NCBI GenBank assembly: GCA_965113315.1
Contig: OZ220367.1
DNA: 64,000 nucleotides
Source: Podarcis vaucheri
Taxonomy: Eukaryota
Reading direction: 5' to 3' (one strand)
The notes below the pieces were generated by a model. It searched no databases. It had not been told where the DNA came from and was given only the letters and a program-made list of their open reading frames with translations. Both the position numbers and the translations under genes were made by a program. Below, in pieces: positions 52,596 to 64,000 of this stretch. Each line of letters starts with the position of its first letter. Position 1 is the first letter of the stretch.

Positions 52596-53521
52596 AAATA
52601 GATCTTGCAAGCCTGCAGGCTGCCTATACCTGTTCTAGAGAGCCTACCCAACAGCCTAATGTTCAACATGTTCCCTGTTGTTGTACCAGACCTGCTCAGT
52701 GATTGCAACAGGTTTCGCAACATATTACAGGACTGGGACACCCCGAAAGAATACAACTTTTGTAAACATCCTCATCCGAGGCTAGTTCCTGCTTTGCTTG
52801 TTTAGAATCTGTAAACATTTCCCTCTTTCCTTGACCTCCCTAGTCCTTCAGCCAAAGGGGTGGGGGAACCTTTCCTGGCTAGTGATCCAGATTCTTATCT
52901 TTCCACCTCTGCTGAACCAAGTTTTACAGGTGGGTGGGGTTGTCCTATCAGTCACCTGATGTCACTATGATGTGAGGTGATATGGGGTTTTGAAGCCCCA
53001 CTTGTTGACCCTCCAGGACCAGGGTGAGTTGCCACCACTCATCAGCTGTAGGCAGGGAAGAAACTATGCTTTATTTAATCTGGGTCAAAAACACACTCCC
53101 ATGCACATTTGCGTACACACACACAGGCTGGGAGCCCCAATGGTAATCCTCTCTAGAAGCTTCACCTGGGGCAAAAAAACCTGGCTACCCCTCCTGCCAC
53201 TGCCACTATGGCTCTGCTATAAGAACTCACTTTAAGCTCCTAGTCGAATGCCTTGGCCTCAACACCTAGTTGAAAAAAGGCTTCATACTCATAGTCAAGG
53301 CGAAAAGTAATTAGTAAGAATGTGATTATTTCATGCCAATTATATACACACCCTCCTTTCATTAAGCCTTATACGTAATGATATATATGAGGAAATGCCT
53401 AATTGCAATCATGTCAATTACAGCACAGCGCACAAGCTACTTGTGCTGTAGTCTGCTGTTCTTTGACCAATGGATGAATTCCTCTTAAACTGAAGTGCTA
53501 CTTATTAATTTAATTCATATC

Positions 53522-53640
53522 TCACCCTGTGAGGTAGGCTAGGGTGAGAGGCAGTGATTGGCCCAAGGTTACCCAGTGAGTTTCATGGCTGAGTGAGGAA
53601 CAGAACCCTAGCTCCAGGTCCTAGCCTGACATGCTAGCCA
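53522..53640 (+). mobile_element. CORE/MIR-like SINE fragment (related copy at ~60874-60972)
   Basis: ccctgtgaggtagg...tggcccaaggttacccagtgagtttcatggctgag; the tggccca...cacccagtg...atggctgag part is shared with the second locus. Confidence 0.6.
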
Positions 53641-56600
53641 GAGGTTTGGAAGGGATACCAAATTTGGGGGTTCATAGTTAATAACCCTCTACCCACTCAT
53701 TTGAGAGAAAGCCTCACTAAAACACAGTGAAGTCACCTGTGCAGAGATAGGCAATAATTTTAAACCACACAATCTTACCTGTCTCCAGTTGTAGTTCAAG
53801 TAGGTGGAACTGTCTGTGACCTGGCAGATCCTTGCTGCAATATTTTGTTCACTGGTTATTCCTGCCTGCTGCTGTCAGTTATCCACCCATGTCCAAACAA
53901 ATCTAAGGCGTTTGTATAAACCCAAGAAACCAAAGTAGGCCAATGAATCTGCATTAACAGGCTGTTAAATATATTCAGAAGCCAGGGCAACAGCTAATTT
54001 AAATTTGACCCTGCCATAAAGTCTTGGAATGCCTCGTCTTCTGTGCTCTGCATCTTGAAGATGTTCAAGCAGGAACATGAGAATCCAAATAAGTTCTGAT
54101 GAGAGCTACAGTATACACAAGACAGTGACAAAGCTCCATTCACAGCTGATATAATATTTTTGTTCCAGATTCTTGGGAGGGAGGGAGGGTGCCCTGCCAA
54201 AGGCAAGGGGGCTCTTTCTCTGGGATTCAGAAGCAAGACAAGGCACAATTGGGGAAGAAAGCCTTAAGATTTATTAAAAAGCAGGCAGATTATACGTAAG
54301 AGTATACTACACCAAGTAAGCAACACCTCCATTCAGTTGCTGGGAGCTCCACAGGGACAGCAACGGAGAGGACCCCATAGGTAGTCACCAAATGACACAG
54401 CATGGCAGGTCTGCACTGATGCTCTCCCTGTGTCTGAATCACAGGGGCCTTCCTAAATTGGGCTGCATGATTGGTGCGGCAGCTGCCAATAATAAGCCTA
54501 ATGCTGCTTCAAGGGATCCTCCCCCAATCACAGCTGTTCTCTCTTCCAGGTATTTAGGCTGTGATCCTCCTAAGATGGTATAGCTGTACGCTATCTCTTC
54601 TAAATGTTTAAGCTGGGAAGTAGACAAGTAACACATTTTAGCAAAATACTGTAAGGCTGTATCTAGCCAAAATAAGGATAACTGCTGCCTAGGAGAGTGA
54701 AGGTCACTGGCATGAAGGAGCAATTGTGACAGGCCACTACACCACATTGATGTACAATATATCTTCTGGTGCATTTCCCATACAGGGTGTAGCTACTTCT
54801 TTTACTTCTTGACTTCATGACACCCCCCCCCCCCCCAATCTAGGCTTCTCTTCATGCCCACAGACAGCATGGTAAAATCATGGTCTTAACACCATCTGCT
54901 CTGGAAAAGCAAAAACGTATAAGATGCAAGGAACAAGCCCTCATGATTTTACATGCAGGTATCACAGTTCCACCGTACAATAACAGGCCACATCTATGCC
55001 ACATAAATCCACAGTGGTGCTGCAAAGTTCTGGATCCATCGGTTTCACAGCACAGTCACGGAGTGTAAACTGAGACTAAATCACAAATTTCTGTTGAACT
55101 CTAAAAGCCTTTTAAAATTTTGTTTAGTAAGGTTTAGATAGCACTAAGAACAACTAGGTGGTTTAGGTAAAATAGTACAAAATATTAATTAAAATAGTGA
55201 CAAAACAGCCTTTAAAATTTCATAATACAATTTTCAAAATTTAAATAAAAGCAAGTTTTAAAAAACAAATATGCATGATAAAATTACATGTCTGTGTAGT
55301 TTTTCATAAACAGAAAAGCTTATAGCAGGCATGGAAAACAATATAATTATGACGCTTGCCTAGTAATTATATTATTGCCTACTATTGCCTAACTCGGCTC
55401 ATAATTTTGTTATGTTTTGATTGGTCCTAGTAAACTGTCATTAGGTTGTTAAAAATTCTTTGTGTCACTCCCAATGATACTTAAGAAATGCCTTTTTATA
55501 GGCCTCAAAGGTGGTCCTTTCACACCACAGAGGACAAATGGTAGCTTCCAGCAAATGAATCGCCCTAGGTGAGTCTCCTCCCTCTGCAGTTTTCCTTTCC
55601 TCACAGCAAGGAGGCAGGGAATGGGAACTGTTCACCTGGTGACTGACTGGACACGTCATATGTAAATAAGTACGCTCTCTCTCCCTAGTTTCCGCCATAA
55701 GGAATCCTGCATAGCAACCGTGTAACACCGGACTCAGGTTTCACAGCTTCAGAGTTATGTGATAGATAGGCAAGCCGAAAAGGGCCGTGGAAACTACAAC
55801 TCCCAGCATGCCCTGTTGTCATTAAACTGACGGTGCTTTTACAAATCCCTAAGCATAGAGATAAACGATTAGAGCAGCAGCCAGTAGTTTCCCTATTTGG
55901 AAATTTCTATTTTTACTCCGTGAGATGACTAAAACAGAAGAGTGTCTGTCTGCAGAAGTAATGCTGCGCAGCTTCCGCACAGGACCACCGAATAACCGAG
56001 CGTTTGCTTGGGATCAAGTGTTCACACGTGCCAGTCCTGGTGTTATACACGAATATTTCCAGCAGAGATGCGTCTCCCGATTCTTTTTTCCTCTGAAATG
56101 TGAGAAATGGTCTTCTTACCGCGGCTCAGGTCCAGAGGCTGGAATGCGCTTCCCATACATACATACATTTTTTTTTTCATACAACGTAAAGACCTGTGCA
56201 CAAACTCCTGCCTTTGCTCTAAACACTTTGCCACCAAATCTCAGCCTGACATTTTATTTTGTTTTAAATCTTGCCACAGGCTTTTGCCGGGCGTGGGAGG
56301 AAGAGATATCTGTATTAGACTAATGACTAATGAGGTTCGCGTCAGAAGTAGCCCAGAAGTCCTTTCTACAAAACGGGAACGGACTGCTCTTGAATTAGTG
56401 GTCTATGTTTCATTTTGATCCTTGCGTCGCCGGATCACGCAGTCAAAAACGTAAGTCCGCTTCCTGGGAGGAAATAATAAACGAAAAGAGGGAGAAAAAG
56501 TCCCGTGTTGCCCTGCGCGCCTCCTCCCTTCGCGCTGATTGGCCGAGGCGCGAAGGAGCGAGTCGTTCAAAGTAGGCGAGTGTGGAGGCGCTTTGGGCGC

Positions 56601-56843
56601 GCGTCTCGTTTGAGGCGGTTCTTCTTGACATTCGCCGGTCCGAAGCGCTTCTCTTTCCTCCGGGAGCCGGCGGCTCTTTTTTTCCATCTCTCGCGGGCGT
56701 TTCGGCCAGCCGGTGGAGCTCGCAAGTGCGGGGACCCCCCTCCCGCAGCCGTTAAAGACGAAACGGGACTCGAGCGGCCGCCTCCCTTCCCTTCCCTTCC
56801 TCCGCTCCGCCCGCGTCGGGGTCTTGCCTGCACCGGCCTGAAC

Positions 56844-62682
<5,839 letters not shown>

Positions 62683-62753
62683 TAAGAAACATGTCTCCAT
62701 GAGAAGCATTTTGTTCGGTCATGGTATTGGTAAAGAAAAAAAGAAAAACCCCT

Positions 62754-62851
62754 AGCTAGCTCAGTTGGTTAGAGCATGGTTCTGATAATGCCAGGTTTGA
62801 TCTTGGTATGGGACAGCAGGTCCCTTCCAACTCTACAATTCTATGATTCTA
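62754..62851 (+). mobile_element. tRNA-derived SINE with CR1-type tail
   Basis: agctcagttggttagagc (A-box) head joined to ggtcccttccaactctacaattctatgattcta (CR1 3' end). Confidence 0.7.
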
Positions 62852-64000
62852 ATATGTAAGAATTATATCCAATAGTTCCCTTAGGCAAGCCCCCCCCCCA
62901 ATGTTTTGGATTATGAGGTCCTTGTCTGCTGCAGGATTCATTAAACACATTGCTCCAGTTACCTCCACCTTTGAAGGTTATTAATTTATAAGGTTTACCA
63001 TAAGCACCCAGAGCAGGTTACAACAATATAGCATAACATTATTTATTTTATTCATTTTTATTTCATAAGTTTATGTACTCCCTTGTCATCCAAGGAAAAT
63101 ATATTTGATTTTGAATTCTGTGGAATGCAAATTATAACACAATAAAATTCCACATAAGAAATAAAAGAAGCAATAAAAAGACAGTTAAAAATCATAGGGC
63201 ATTTAGCATAGTGTGTTGCAGTTGCTACAGTGGGAGAACAATCAAGTACTCCACTACTTAGTGTTACATCTTTCTTATTTGGTTGAGTTTTTGTAGAAAA
63301 TATTAGCTCAGTGCAAGGAAGCAGTTCTGTGGGGTTTTTAGACAGGCTATATACCGAGGATTGAACCTGGGAGCGTTTGCATTAAGAATGTACTATACTA
63401 TTGAGCTTACAGTCCTTCATTTTGGTTTGGTTGTCCTGTTTCTTTGGTTGTCCTGTTTCTTTGTATTTTCTCACGAGGAAGCATAAGAACTCTTTCTGAA
63501 CTCAATTCTTTGAAAATTGCATTTGAATGAGGCGACAACACAAGCTCATGTCACCCTCACAAATCCAGTGTGGATCAGTGGGAGTCCGCTACTAGCCACC
63601 CAGGTTTTGGCTAGTGGGGAAAGAAGGCCCAAGCTACCTTTCGATGCAGTTTTTCCCATGACCCATAAGCCTTCTCCCTTTCCAGGTTCTATGCCCCCAT
63701 AAGGGTCCCATCTAACAGTTTGAATCAGGCCTTGAACTTTCTGCCCACTTATATGGAAGAACGCATTGGAGGCAGGAAGCCAGCAGGTGGCGCCAGAGAG
63801 ACCAACAGAGTACTTCCTGCAGCCCTACTTGCAATAAGAAACAAAAGGCTTTATTAATGAAGCTTTGTGAAAGAGAAGGTGCTGTACTGTAGCTGGGAGA
63901 TTTACAGAGTTTGGAAAATGCAGTGGTAGAATAGTTCTGGCCTGCTGTTTGTGGCAGCACATATTCTAAGTTGAAGAAAATCTGTAAAATGAGCTAATTT

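Noticed and set aside
62754-62815. Possible tRNA gene
   Set aside because: Degenerate B-box, no complete cloverleaf, and fused to a CR1 tail, so it is a SINE.
63426-63462. 17-bp tandem duplication (TTTGGTTGTCCTGTTTC x2); similar small duplications near 22107 and 32814
   Set aside because: Ordinary slippage duplications with no sign of function.

Overview
Vertebrate genomic DNA. The repeat content suggests a squamate reptile, probably a lacertid lizard (inference). The window holds the conserved head-to-head IDE-KIF11 locus. On the minus strand, IDE (insulin-degrading enzyme) coding exons 1-24 run from 47690 down to 635; the last exon lies left of the window. On the plus strand, KIF11 (Eg5 kinesin-5) coding exons 1-6 run from 56844 to 62681, and the gene continues to the right. 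Each gene start has a CpG island. All visible exons have GT-AG boundaries and join in frame. The only two N blocks (15470-15633, 16099-16246) sit on the positions expected for IDE's mutually exclusive exons 15b and 15a. The most interesting signal lies between them: an intronic element (15715-15761) that, in the pre-mRNA, is the reverse complement of the E-Y-x-Y-A-A codons shared by both exon-15 variants. It is a candidate competing RNA-duplex switch for mutually exclusive splicing, but the exon sequences themselves are masked here. Introns and the intergenic spacer carry hAT and Tc1/mariner MITEs with visible TSDs, L1-, CR1- and L2-type fragments, SINEs, and a Gypsy/Gmr1-like LTR remnant with a gag pseudo-ORF.
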